From contig OY970309.1 of assembly GCA_963716395.1 (NCBI GenBank), forward strand, positions 2,560,001-2,624,000: a stretch of DNA of 64,000 nt. The letters are read 5' to 3'. Shown here one piece after another: positions 1-13,889 of the stretch. The stretch comes from an uncultured Fibrobacteria bacterium. GTDB lineage: Bacteria; Fibrobacterota; Fibrobacteria; UBA11236. A program made the translations under genes and the position numbers. Position 1 is the first letter of the stretch; every line of letters starts with the position of its first letter. The notes below the pieces were generated by a model, which saw only the letters and a program-made list of their open reading frames with translations, did no database searches and was not told the origin of the DNA.

Positions 1-885
1 TTGTGGGGCCGCGACAATGTGTTATGGGCGTTGACGCATCCACCGTCCGACAACCCCACGGGCTTTGCATTCATGCTCGCTTTTGCGCTGGTATTCTATT
101 GGGTGTTTGCCTATTTCCGCGAGCAGGCCTGCGTGCTCATCTGCCCCTATGCCCGCTTTCAAAGCGTGCTGCTCGATGAGAGCAGTTTGACCGTGGCCTA
201 TGACACCCGGCGCGGCGAACCGCGCGGTCGCGGCCAAAAGGGCCGCCGCGAAGGCCTGGGCGACTGCGTAAATTGCGGCCATTGTGTGGCGGTTTGTCCC
301 ACGGGCATCGACATCCGCAAGGGACAGCAATTGGAATGCATCGGGTGTACCCGCTGCATCGATGCCTGCGACTCGATCATGACCGCTTGGAAAAAGCCCC
401 AGGGGCTGATCCGCTACACTTCGCTGGCCGGCCTCGACGGTGAATCCCGCCCGGGCATACGCCCACGCCAAATCGCCTACGGCGCCCTGGCCGCCGTGCT
501 GGGAGCGTTCTCTCTTATTCTCATCGTCACACGGCCGGTGGTGGCGGTCGATGTGGCGCGGCGTGGCTTCAACCCCTACACCCACGTGGGCGCCGACTCG
601 ATTCTCAATACCTTCACCGTGCAGGTGCGCAACAAAGACGTCATGCGCCACACCTTCTCCCTCGACTTTGACGAATCCGCGCCGGCTCGGCAAAACTGGC
701 AGGATCGTCGCTTCGCCGTAGGCGCCGGGCAATTACAGACCCTCCCCTTGGACATCGTGATCCGGCGCGACGCCTTCCGGCAAGGGGAGCGCGTGCTGCA
801 TTTGATTTTGCGCGGCGACGGCGGGATCGACCGCAAATTCGACGCCACCTTGATCGGCCCGTTCGGGGCCGGAGACACGCCATGA
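1..885 (+). CDS. ccoG: Cytochrome c oxidase (cbb3) accessory protein CcoG/FixG, 5' truncated by window edge
   Basis: REQAC..ICPYARFQSVLLD, YD..RGEPRG, two ferredoxin motifs CVNCGHCVAVCPTGIDIR and CIGCTRCIDACD, C-terminal Ig-like FixG domain. Confidence 0.93.
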   Translation: MWGRDNVLWALTHPPSDNPTGFAFMLAFALVFYWVFAYFREQACVLICPYARFQSVLLDESSLTVAYDTRRGEPRGRGQKGRREGLGDCVNCGHCVAVCPTGIDIRKGQQLECIGCTRCIDACDSIMTAWKKPQGLIRYTSLAGLDGESRPGIRPRQIAYGALAAVLGAFSLILIVTRPVVAVDVARRGFNPYTHVGADSILNTFTVQVRNKDVMRHTFSLDFDESAPARQNWQDRRFAVGAGQLQTLPLDIVIRRDAFRQGERVLHLILRGDGGIDRKFDATLIGPFGAGDTP

Positions 886-1418
886 ATCCCGAAACCGGAC
901 CGGCCACAAGCAAAACCAAAAAAGGTGGTGTGGCGCCGTGGATGTGGTTCCTGGGAACCAGCGCTACGCTGACCCTCGTGATCAACAGCCTATTCGCCTA
1001 TGTCGCCGTGCGCCACGGGCCGGGGTTGGTGCGCGAGGATTATTACCAGGCGGGCTTGCACTGGGATCAGCGCCGGGCGCGGGAAACGGGTTTCGATTCG
1101 CTGGGAATCGGTTTGGCTTTGCGGCCCGACGCCGACACCTTGGTGGTCGAAGGCAGCGCCGCCCAGGCCGTGGAACCGTCGACGGCGCGGCGGTTGGGCG
1201 GATATGCCCTGGAATTGGATTTGCGCCGACCCGATGATGCCGATGCCGATCGCGACCTGCATTTTTCACCGCCCGTCGTCACCGCCGGCGGCTCGCTGCA
1301 ATGGCGCACGGTTACTTCCCCGTTACGTCGGGGCAGGTGGGATTGCCGCGTCGTGTTCCGGCAAAACGGGCAGGCGCGGATGGAGCGTTCCTTCGAATAT
1401 TTCGCGGCGCCGGAATGA
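882..1418 (+). CDS. ccoH: FixH/CcoH family protein
   Basis: Single N-terminal TM helix then GLVREDYYQAGL motif and GRWD near the C-terminus; ATGA overlap with ccoG. Confidence 0.82.
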   Translation: MNPETGPATSKTKKGGVAPWMWFLGTSATLTLVINSLFAYVAVRHGPGLVREDYYQAGLHWDQRRARETGFDSLGIGLALRPDADTLVVEGSAAQAVEPSTARRLGGYALELDLRRPDDADADRDLHFSPPVVTAGGSLQWRTVTSPLRRGRWDCRVVFRQNGQARMERSFEYFAAPE

Positions 1419-3991
1419 TCCGGCCGGCGGCGGTACGGATCTCACCTCCGGCTACCGACATGCCTGCATGGCCGCAGGGGACCGCGGGAACGATGGGGCA
1501 GGAGCGAAAAATGTTTCGAATGAATCCGTCTGCCCCCGCGGAAAAAACCGCTTTTCCGGCCGCGGCGGTGTGCCGGCATTGCGGCGCCGATTTACTGGGG
1601 ATTGGATCCTCCGCTGCGGCCCAGGCCGGGTTTTGCTGCGAAGGCTGCCGCATCGTCTACGGCCTGCTGGCGGATCGCGAAGACGGCCGCTATTATGAAT
1701 TGCTGCGCCTGGAAAAAAACCGCGCCCCGCGCGGCGGGTTGTCGCGGGAATACCGCGAATTCTTGGAGGCGCTGAAAAATCCGGAGGCGTTGAAACTCCT
1801 GGGGCATTGGCAGGGCGATGTGCACCGCCTGACCTTGGCCTGCGACGACATGCAATGCGCGGCCTGCGGCTGGCTCATGGAGCGCGAACTGGCCGGCCGC
1901 GAAGGCGTGCTCGACTACCAGGTCGATTTCATCCACGGCGAAATCGACCTTTGCTATGACGCCCGGCGCACCGCCTTGGCTGCGGTGCTCGTCGACATCG
2001 GCCGTTTCGGCTACGCCTTCAGACCCAGAGCCGTTGCAGCCGCGCGCCCCCAGTTGAACCGCGACGCCTGGATGCGCCTGGCGGTGGCCGGCGCCTGCTT
2101 CGCCAACGCCATGGCCTTAGCAGCCGGGCCTTATTTCGGATTGAAGGTCGGTATCGAAGACGAATGGCGTCGGATGCTGGGCCTGTGGGCCTTTGTCAGC
2201 GCGCTTCCGGCCGTATTGTATTCGGCTTTTCCCTTTTACCGCGGGGCGTGGCGCGCCGTGCGCTCGCGCAGTTTCACGATCGACGTCACGGTTTCCATCG
2301 GAATCCTGCTCACCTTCGGCGTGTCGCTGGTGGCGGTTTGGGGGGGCGGTTCGGCCAATTATGCCGACTCGTTGGCGGGCCTGGTTTTTTTTCTGTTGCT
2401 CGGCCGCCTAGCGGTGCGGCGCTTCGAAGGCGGCTTGCTGCTGCGCGGCCGCTGGTATGAAGCCCTGCGTCCGGAGGCGGTGCGCGCCCTGCGCCAAGGC
2501 GAATTTACGCTCACGCCTTTGGACCAAGTCGTGGCCGGCGATACCGTGGAAATCGCGGCCGGGGCCTACCTTCCGGTCGACGGTCCGGCACTGCACTCCG
2601 GTATGGTGGACACAGCGTTATTGACCGGCGAAGATCGGCCGCGTGCGGTCGCCGCCGGCGATTTTCTCTTCGCCGGTTACCGCGTGCTGGGGAAAAGCCT
2701 GCGCCTGCGCGTTGCCAATCCGCATCTCAATACCCGGGCCGAAGGCTTGCGCCGGGCCTTGGAATCGCTGGCGGAGCGCAAGCAACGCCGCGTTCTCCGC
2801 CGCGATCGCGTCGCCTTGGCCTTCACCACCACGGTGATCCTGGCCGCGGCGCTGACCGTGTTTTTACATCGGCAGCAGGGTTGGGAGCGCGCGTTCAGTA
2901 TGGCGGGCGCGGTGTTCATCGTTTCGTGTTCGTGCGCGCTGGCGCTGTCGGTTCCCGTCAGCCGCGGATTGGGCCTCTTGCGCGCTCACCGCCTGGGATT
3001 TCATTTCCGTGCGCAGGAGACCTTGGAGCGCTTGCGCGACATCCAAGGCGTGCTGTTCGACAAAACCGGAACCCTCACCTTCAGCCGCCGCCGCGTCACC
3101 CGCTGGCAATGGGTGCCGGGAGCGGCGGGGGAAATCCGCGCTTCCATTCTCGGGGGCCTGAAATGCATGACCGGCATGAGCTTCCATCCCGTTTCGGCCG
3201 CGGTACATGCCGGCCTGGAGGAAGGTAGCGCCGAAGTAACGGGGTTTTCGGAATGGCCCCACTTCGGCGTGCAGGCTACGCTGGCCGCAGCGCCGTTCAC
3301 CCGGCTTTGCCTGTGCCGGTACGGCGCCTGGGTAGAACCGAACGGCGCGTTTGCCGCCCTGCAATTATGCGTACCGTCAGCAGCGGAATTGCCGGCGGGA
3401 CCGCCTCCGCAGGCCTGTCTGTTCGTCGACCGGCGCCTGGCCGCTTGCATTTGGCTCAGCGAAGAAATCAAACCCGGGGTGGCCGAATTGCTGGCGGGGT
3501 TGAGCCGACTCGGCATCCGCACCTTGTTGCTTTCCGGCGATCATCCCGAGCGGGTCGAAGCGTTTGCACGGCGTTGCGGATTCCCTGAATTCCGCGGCGG
3601 ATTGAGCCCCGAGGAAAAACAAGTGGAGGCCCGAAAATTCCAACGGCAATACGGTGCGGCCTTGGCCGTAGGCGACGGATTCAATGACAGTCTGCTGTTC
3701 GGCGAGGCCGAATTGGCCCTGGCCGTGCAGGGAGCGGCCGGATCGATGGCCGAAAACGCCGATGTGTTCATGACGGGACAAAACCCCGAATCGCTGCTCA
3801 GCCTCTTTCGCATTGCCCGCGGCGTGCGCCGCAGTTTGCGCAACAGCTATATCGTGTCCGGCATTTACAACTCCGCGGCCATCACCTTGGCCGTGGCCGG
3901 ATTCGTTTCGCCCTTGCTGGCTGCCATTCTGATGCCGTTCGCCAGCCTCTCCATCTGCGCCACGGCCTGGCTATCGGTGCCGCGGCGCTGA
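1415..3991 (+). CDS. ccoI: Heavy-metal P1B-type ATPase CcoI/FixI
   Basis: CRHC..FCCEGC and CAAC metal-binding motifs, TGE, SCSC TM motif, DKTGT, HP, GDGFND; start is 1415 (ATGA overlap) or 1511 (GGAG RBS). Confidence 0.88.
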   Translation: MIRPAAVRISPPATDMPAWPQGTAGTMGQERKMFRMNPSAPAEKTAFPAAAVCRHCGADLLGIGSSAAAQAGFCCEGCRIVYGLLADREDGRYYELLRLEKNRAPRGGLSREYREFLEALKNPEALKLLGHWQGDVHRLTLACDDMQCAACGWLMERELAGREGVLDYQVDFIHGEIDLCYDARRTALAAVLVDIGRFGYAFRPRAVAAARPQLNRDAWMRLAVAGACFANAMALAAGPYFGLKVGIEDEWRRMLGLWAFVSALPAVLYSAFPFYRGAWRAVRSRSFTIDVTVSIGILLTFGVSLVAVWGGGSANYADSLAGLVFFLLLGRLAVRRFEGGLLLRGRWYEALRPEAVRALRQGEFTLTPLDQVVAGDTVEIAAGAYLPVDGPALHSGMVDTALLTGEDRPRAVAAGDFLFAGYRVLGKSLRLRVANPHLNTRAEGLRRALESLAERKQRRVLRRDRVALAFTTTVILAAALTVFLHRQQGWERAFSMAGAVFIVSCSCALALSVPVSRGLGLLRAHRLGFHFRAQETLERLRDIQGVLFDKTGTLTFSRRRVTRWQWVPGAAGEIRASILGGLKCMTGMSFHPVSAAVHAGLEEGSAEVTGFSEWPHFGVQATLAAAPFTRLCLCRYGAWVEPNGAFAALQLCVPSAAELPAGPPPQACLFVDRRLAACIWLSEEIKPGVAELLAGLSRLGIRTLLLSGDHPERVEAFARRCGFPEFRGGLSPEEKQVEARKFQRQYGAALAVGDGFNDSLLFGEAELALAVQGAAGSMAENADVFMTGQNPESLLSLFRIARGVRRSLRNSYIVSGIYNSAAITLAVAGFVSPLLAAILMPFASLSICATAWLSVPRR

Positions 3992-4219
3992 GGCTCGACG
4001 GCGGCTTACGCCGTGTTCAATCTCCTTCGGCAAACTAGGGAACAAGTCACACCCACCGAATCGGCCACACGGCAGGCTCATTCGCCGCGCCCTGAGTCGG
4101 GTTCCCGAATTCTTGTCGGGGGATGGTTCCCGATCCTACCGAGGGATGTTGAAGGTCCGGCGGGGCATGGCCTGGTCGGAAAAACGGAATCGGAAGATTT
4201 TAATCTTGCATGGGGCTGA

Positions 4220-5245
<1,026 letters not shown>

Positions 5246-5336
5246 GAGTGCGCGACGGGCGAAGCGGTGGAAGCCGCAGCGATCGATCCTGCTCCCTTAA
5301 CTACTTTTGCCGTGGTTTTTCCAGGCGGTTTTTGAC

Positions 5337-8564
<3,228 letters not shown>

Positions 8565-8625
8565 GACCCGCGCGGAACGGGCGGGTACGCCTGCAGCTGC
8601 GTCGTATCTTGGTAAACTGATTTGC

Positions 8626-10410
8626 ATGTTCTCCCGAAGGATTGAAGTGAAGCGCTTGTGGTGGCTGCTGGCCCCGTTTTTGGGCGGCTGCGTCTACTTC
8701 AACACCTATTTCAACGCCAACAAGGCCTACGAACAGGCCTTGCGCATGCGCGAAGAACGCCTCGAGAAGAACCCGGAAGACACGGTGCTTTTGTCCAACG
8801 ACGAGAAACTGAAGCTTGAACGTTGCATCACCAAGTGCTCCAAGGTGCTCGAACTGTATCCCGACAAACTGAAATACGCCCCCAAGGCCTTGTTCTTGAT
8901 GGGGGAGAGCTATTTGCTGGAACAGGACTATTTGCACGCCGTGGAGAAATACGAGGAGTTGTTGCGCTATTATCCCAAGGCCGAGGAAGCGCCGCTGGCC
9001 GAAGTGCATCGCGCCAAAGCCGTGTATCTCGAAGGCCAGTCCCTCAAAGCCAAATCGCTGCTCAGCGACATCCTGGCCCGCAAACCTTCCGGAAAGGTGC
9101 GCCGCGAAGCCTTGTTGCTCAAGGCCCAGATGGCGATGAGCGACAGCTCCAGCGATTCCGCTTTGGTCGATTACGAAACGCTACTGGCCGAAGGCGGTTT
9201 GACCCGCGAAGAACGCGCCCAGGCGCATTGGGAAGCGGCGCGCATGGCCTTTGATTTGGGGCAATGGGAGCGGGCCCGCGGCCACGCCTTGGCCAAGGAG
9301 CGTTTCGCTCTGCCAACGCCCATGCTGTACCGCAATGAAAAACTGGCCCTGCAATGTCTGTATCACGAAAAACGTTTCCGCGAAGGCATCACCGAAGGCC
9401 AGGCCATGGAAAGGCGCAAACAGTTTTATAAGTACCGCCCGGAAATCCAATTGCTGATCGCCCAGGGTTATGCCGGAGAGGGGGATTGGGCCTCGGCCGA
9501 GCGCCTGTTCCGCGGCGTACCGCCCTTGTCTCCGCATTCGGCGCTGGCCGCCGAAGCGTTTTACCGCATCGGGGATCATTGGCTCAACGTTGCCCATCGC
9601 GAAGACTCGGCGCGCGTGTATTTCGATTCGGCTGCGGCCGCAGGCTCGGTCTACGAGTATGGGCGTCTGGCCGAGGAGAAATCCAAAGCGCTTTCGCGCC
9701 TGTCCGAATTGCGGACCATCCCGGCGGATTCCAGCGATCCGCAATCCCAGAACTTCATGATCTCCGAGCTCTTCCTGTTCGATTTGAACCAGGTCGACAG
9801 CGCGGTGTCACGCCTGACCCGCATCGTGCAAAGCCCGCGCTTCGATTCCACCTATACCATGCGCGCGGCCTATGCCCTGGCCTACATCGACGAAACGTAT
9901 TTGCGCGACACGGTGAAAAGCGATTCCATGTACCGCTATGTGTTGCAGCATTTCCCCCACACCGAATGGGCCAAGCAGTCCCAGAAGAACCTGGGCATGA
10001 CGCCCACCGTGGTCACCGCGGAAGACAGCGCGAAAACGCTTTTCCTGGCTGCGGAAAAACGGCGCTTCGACGGCGCCGACCTCGACAGCGTGGTGATTCC
10101 GGCCTACCGCCAGGTCGCCGAACTATTTCCGCAAACCCAGCATGCGGCCCAGGCTCTCTACGTCATCGCGAAGTTGAATGAAAAGCTGGCGGATCAACAG
10201 CCGCCGGTGCCGGGCAGCCTCGATTCGGCCAAGGCCGAGTATGCCGATTTGCGCAAGCACTATTCCAATACGCCGTACGGCGAAGTCGCGACGGAAAAAC
10301 TCGCCGCGGCCGGTGTGTACTCCCTGCCCAGCGCGTCGACTTCGGCCCCCGGCGCCGTAGCCGGACATGAGGAGCATGCCGTCAAACCCGAGGACGATGA
10401 TCTCTACTGA
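8626..10410 (+). CDS. TPR-repeat lipoprotein (possibly PorW/SprE-like or BamD-like)
   Basis: Lipobox FLGGC then YFNTYFNA; repeated TPR helices ending in YP.S/T..A. Confidence 0.7.
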   Translation: MFSRRIEVKRLWWLLAPFLGGCVYFNTYFNANKAYEQALRMREERLEKNPEDTVLLSNDEKLKLERCITKCSKVLELYPDKLKYAPKALFLMGESYLLEQDYLHAVEKYEELLRYYPKAEEAPLAEVHRAKAVYLEGQSLKAKSLLSDILARKPSGKVRREALLLKAQMAMSDSSSDSALVDYETLLAEGGLTREERAQAHWEAARMAFDLGQWERARGHALAKERFALPTPMLYRNEKLALQCLYHEKRFREGITEGQAMERRKQFYKYRPEIQLLIAQGYAGEGDWASAERLFRGVPPLSPHSALAAEAFYRIGDHWLNVAHREDSARVYFDSAAAAGSVYEYGRLAEEKSKALSRLSELRTIPADSSDPQSQNFMISELFLFDLNQVDSAVSRLTRIVQSPRFDSTYTMRAAYALAYIDETYLRDTVKSDSMYRYVLQHFPHTEWAKQSQKNLGMTPTVVTAEDSAKTLFLAAEKRRFDGADLDSVVIPAYRQVAELFPQTQHAAQALYVIAKLNEKLADQQPPVPGSLDSAKAEYADLRKHYSNTPYGEVATEKLAAAGVYSLPSASTSAPGAVAGHEEHAVKPEDDDLY

Positions 10411-10813
10411 ACGCCTGCGCGGCGTTCAGCGCATCACCCGAAAGGCGTCGGTCGTGGCGATCGCCGGCGTCTTGTTCGCCTGCGCGGCGCCCCACCCGGT
10501 GAATTCCGATCGCGCCGGAACCGATGTGGAAACGGGAAGGATTTCCTATTACGCCCTCGATTTTCAGGGGCGTCGTACGGCCAGTGGCGAGCGCTTCGAC
10601 GTACATGCGTTTACCGCCGCCCATCGCTCCTTCCCCTTCGGCACGCGGTTGCGCGTCACCAATCTGGCAAACGGACGCAGCGTGGTGGTGCGGGTGAACG
10701 ATCGCGGGCCGTGGAAATCCGGCCGTATCCTGGATGTTTCCCCGGCCGCGGCGCGCAAGCTGGGTTTTCTGGGACGCGGCACGGTGCGCGCCCGCATCGT
10801 CGTGCTGCGTTGA
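10397..10813 (+). CDS. rlpA: Septal ring lytic transglycosylase RlpA family (DPBB domain) lipoprotein
   Basis: Lipobox LFAC; G.ISYY...GRRTASGERFD...TAAHRSFPFGT..RVTN...VVVRVNDRGP. Confidence 0.9.
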   Translation: MISTERLRGVQRITRKASVVAIAGVLFACAAPHPVNSDRAGTDVETGRISYYALDFQGRRTASGERFDVHAFTAAHRSFPFGTRLRVTNLANGRSVVVRVNDRGPWKSGRILDVSPAAARKLGFLGRGTVRARIVVLR

Positions 10814-10823
10814 ACCTTGGGAT

Positions 10824-12026
10824 TCAAGCCGGCGGTTTGCGGGGAAGCGCCGACACCGCAGGCAGCGGCAGCCGGCGCGGCAGGCGCTGGCCTTTCCAGG
10901 TAAAGCTCCCGCGGCTGCCGGCGACCACGGCCGCCAGAATGACGGGCACATGCAACAAGGCGGTGAGGGGGAAAAACCGCAGCAGCCGCCTCAGTTCGAA
11001 ATCGCGCAGCCCTTGCCGCATCACCGCATAATCGGCCAGCGTTTTTACGCTGAATCCCGCCACCGCCACCCAGGCGAAGCGCGCGTCGTGCAAGCCTGCC
11101 AAAAGCAGAATCGGGACCGCGGCATAGAACAAAAAAATCGCGGCGAGAAAGGCGGCTTGCCGGGGACGGTATAATCCGCATTTGCTGGCCCAGCGCTTGC
11201 GCTGTTCCCAGAAATGTTGCCACGATTCCGGCGGCGCCGTGCGCACGCGCGCTTCCGGGGCCGTGCAAAAACGAATGCGCCAGCGGCCGGTGGCGTGGAT
11301 TTCTTGCAACACGAAATCATCGTCTCCGCTGACCACGCGGCCGTGTTTGCCGAAGGCGGCGGCTGCGTCAAAGGCCTGGCGGCGGTAGGCCAGATTGTTG
11401 GCGTTGGCATGTACGGGAAAACCCAATCCCACCAGGGCCGCCGACACCACGCCGTAGGAAATGAACTCCAGGGCCTGGGTGCCGCGGCCCCAATCGAATC
11501 CGGTCGCCGGCTCTTCATAACACGTGAGCCCCAGCACCATGCCGACCGAAGGGGAGAACTCGCGGCTCAAACCGGAAAGCCAATGCGGGCCCATGCGGCA
11601 ATCGGCGTCGGTGGTGGCGATCCAGGTGCCGCGCGCCAATTCCAGCCCCAGGAGTAAGGCGTTTTTTTTGGGACTGATCCCCGCGGCGGTTTGCGTCACG
11701 TGCGTCGTTTCGAGGCGGCCCGGAAATCGCCGCGCGTAATCGGCCAACACCGCGGACGTGCCATCTTGGGAGCGGTCATCGACGATCACAATTTGCAGGC
11801 GGTCCTGGGGATATTCCTGCCCCAACAGGGCGTCGAGCAATCCGGGCAAATTGGATTCTTCGTTGCGCGCCGCGACCAGCACCGTAACCGATTCGGGCGG
11901 CGGCTTTTCCGCGGACGCACTTTCCCGGGAGCGCAGCCGCCGCAGTCCGCGTTGCAACCATAAGTCAAGCAAGGCGTAACCCGCACAGGCGGCGACGAAG
12001 ATCGATGCCGGAATCCAGAAGGTCAT
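10824..12026 (-). CDS. Glycosyltransferase family 2, membrane-bound
   Basis: VAARNEE, VDDRS.D, TDADC, SGDD and QRKRW motifs with flanking TM helices. Confidence 0.9.
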   Translation of the reverse strand: MTFWIPASIFVAACAGYALLDLWLQRGLRRLRSRESASAEKPPPESVTVLVAARNEESNLPGLLDALLGQEYPQDRLQIVIVDDRSQDGTSAVLADYARRFPGRLETTHVTQTAAGISPKKNALLLGLELARGTWIATTDADCRMGPHWLSGLSREFSPSVGMVLGLTCYEEPATGFDWGRGTQALEFISYGVVSAALVGLGFPVHANANNLAYRRQAFDAAAAFGKHGRVVSGDDDFVLQEIHATGRWRIRFCTAPEARVRTAPPESWQHFWEQRKRWASKCGLYRPRQAAFLAAIFLFYAAVPILLLAGLHDARFAWVAVAGFSVKTLADYAVMRQGLRDFELRRLLRFFPLTALLHVPVILAAVVAGSRGSFTWKGQRLPRRLPLPAVSALPRKPPA

Positions 12027-12128
12027 GGCTGCTTTAATATACCGTGCACAGACGATGTCCAGGGAATGGAGTCGTTGCCGCCTTCGTTTTGACGGCGCCG
12101 CCTGTGGCTGTTTAGCTTTGGTCGCGTC

Positions 12129-12695
12129 TTGAATCTTCCGGTCTATTCCATATTGAGCGGCCCGGTGCACCAGGTTTTGGAAGCCGAGGCCTCCGCATCC
12201 CAAGAGCTCGTTGACGCCGGCGGCGTGGGACAGGTCACCGCGCGGGTAGATTCCACGCCTTTGGCCGGCGAGGCCGTACTGGTTCGGGGAGTGGCCCAGG
12301 GCCGGCTGGCCGGGGACTGCGGGCGCTGTCTGGAAAATCTGGAACAGCCATTTGAGGTTCGCTTTAACCTATTGCTGGAAAAGAGAACAGCTTCGGGACT
12401 GGAATGGGGCGAAGAGGCCGAAGACGCCGGTGTGGAAGACTATCGGGCGCTTCTGGGGCCGGATGTTACGGATATTTCACTTGATCACATGATTGCGGAA
12501 CAGGTGTTGCTGAATTATAATTTGCACCCTCTTCCGGCTCTGGATGCGCAACAACGCTGCGTGCAATGTGGCAAGTTGGCGCCTGGCGCCGTGGAGACCC
12601 GGAAAGCGGACAGGGTCGATCCCCGCTGGAGCAGGCTGAAATCCTTGCGGGATTCCGGCGGAGAAACCGGCCTGCGCCCCCCGGAAGCGTCTTAA
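12129..12695 (+). CDS. yceD: YceD/DUF177 family protein
   Basis: CGRCLE, C..CG and DPRWS.LK motifs; directly upstream of rpmF. Confidence 0.85.
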   Translation: MNLPVYSILSGPVHQVLEAEASASQELVDAGGVGQVTARVDSTPLAGEAVLVRGVAQGRLAGDCGRCLENLEQPFEVRFNLLLEKRTASGLEWGEEAEDAGVEDYRALLGPDVTDISLDHMIAEQVLLNYNLHPLPALDAQQRCVQCGKLAPGAVETRKADRVDPRWSRLKSLRDSGGETGLRPPEAS

Positions 12696-12725
12696 AGTCT
12701 TTTTACCAGGAGCGGGGAGAATCAC

Positions 12726-12905
12726 ATGGCAGTTCCAAAGCGAAAAACTTCGACGGCACGCCGCGACAAACGGAAAACGCATTGGAAGTTGACCGCTCCG
12801 GCCGTCACCAAATGCGCCCATTGCGGCCAGGTGAAAATGGCCCATCGCGTTTGCGGTAATTGCGGGTTCTACGGCAACGTCGAAGTGCGCCAGCCCGCGG
12901 AGTAA
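12726..12905 (+). CDS. rpmF: 50S ribosomal protein L32 (not in ORF track, 59 aa)
   Basis: Manual translation MAVPKRKTSTARRDKRKTHWKL...CAHCGQVKMAHRVCGNCGFYG; GGGGAG RBS. Confidence 0.96.
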   Translation: MAVPKRKTSTARRDKRKTHWKLTAPAVTKCAHCGQVKMAHRVCGNCGFYGNVEVRQPAE

Positions 12906-12921
12906 CCTCTCACATTTCGTT

Positions 12922-13884
12922 ATGATTCGAATCGCATTAGACGCGATGGGGGGGGATTACGCCCCCGATGCCGTGGTGCAAGGCGCGATATTGGCCGCTC
13001 GGGAGGCCGATGGCCGTTTCGGCATTGTATTGGCTGGACCGCAAGAGTCGCTCAACCCCCTGCTCGCAAAGTACGACGCCCAAGCGTTGAATATCGAGGT
13101 GTTCCACGCCCCGGACCTCGTGGGCATGGACGATTCGCCCACATCGGTGCTGAAGAACAAACCCAATTCGGGGCTGGTGGCCTGCGTGCAATTGCAAAAG
13201 GCCGGAAAAGTGCAGGCCAGCATTTCGGCCGGCAATTCCGGCGCCATGATGGCCGCCTGCCTCATGATTCTGGGGCGCGTGGGGCAAATTTCCCGGCCGG
13301 CCATCGCTTGCCTCATGCCGGCATGGGAGAAGAAAACCCTGGTGCTCGATTGCGGCGCCAACGTCGACGAAAAGCCGTCGACTTTGGTGCATTTCGGCAT
13401 TTGCGGATCGGTGTATGCCGAGGAAGTTCTGGGTCGCAAAAATCCCAAGGTCGGATTGCTCAACATGGGCGAAGAGGAGAAAAAAGGACCCGAGACCTTG
13501 CAGGAGGCGCATCAATTGCTGAAGGCCGCGCCCCTGAACTTCATCGGCAATGTCGAAGGCCGCGATCTGTTGAAGGGCGATGTCGATGTGGTGGTCACGC
13601 CCGGATATACCGGCAACGTCGTGCTTAAATTGATGGAAGGCTTTTACGAATACCACGTCAAATTGTTCGGCGATGCCGACTCGCCGGCCGGCCGCCAATT
13701 TCTGCATGATTGGGATTATTCCAATTTTGGCGCCGCTCTCTTGCTGGGCTTGAACGGAACCGGCCTTATCACTCATGGACGCGCCGACGCCAAGGCCATC
13801 AAGAACGGGTTGGAAGCGGCGTACCGACAGGTCGAATCCGGTATCGTCGAGAAAATTGCAGCCCAACTCGCCCGGGTGGCCTGA
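12922..13884 (+). CDS. plsX: Phosphate acyltransferase PlsX
   Basis: IALDAMGGDYAP, SAGNSGA, RPAIA, LDCGANVD, LLNMGEEE.KG, FIGNVEGRD. Confidence 0.96.
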   Translation: MIRIALDAMGGDYAPDAVVQGAILAAREADGRFGIVLAGPQESLNPLLAKYDAQALNIEVFHAPDLVGMDDSPTSVLKNKPNSGLVACVQLQKAGKVQASISAGNSGAMMAACLMILGRVGQISRPAIACLMPAWEKKTLVLDCGANVDEKPSTLVHFGICGSVYAEEVLGRKNPKVGLLNMGEEEKKGPETLQEAHQLLKAAPLNFIGNVEGRDLLKGDVDVVVTPGYTGNVVLKLMEGFYEYHVKLFGDADSPAGRQFLHDWDYSNFGAALLLGLNGTGLITHGRADAKAIKNGLEAAYRQVESGIVEKIAAQLARVA

Positions 13885-13889
13885 GCGGC

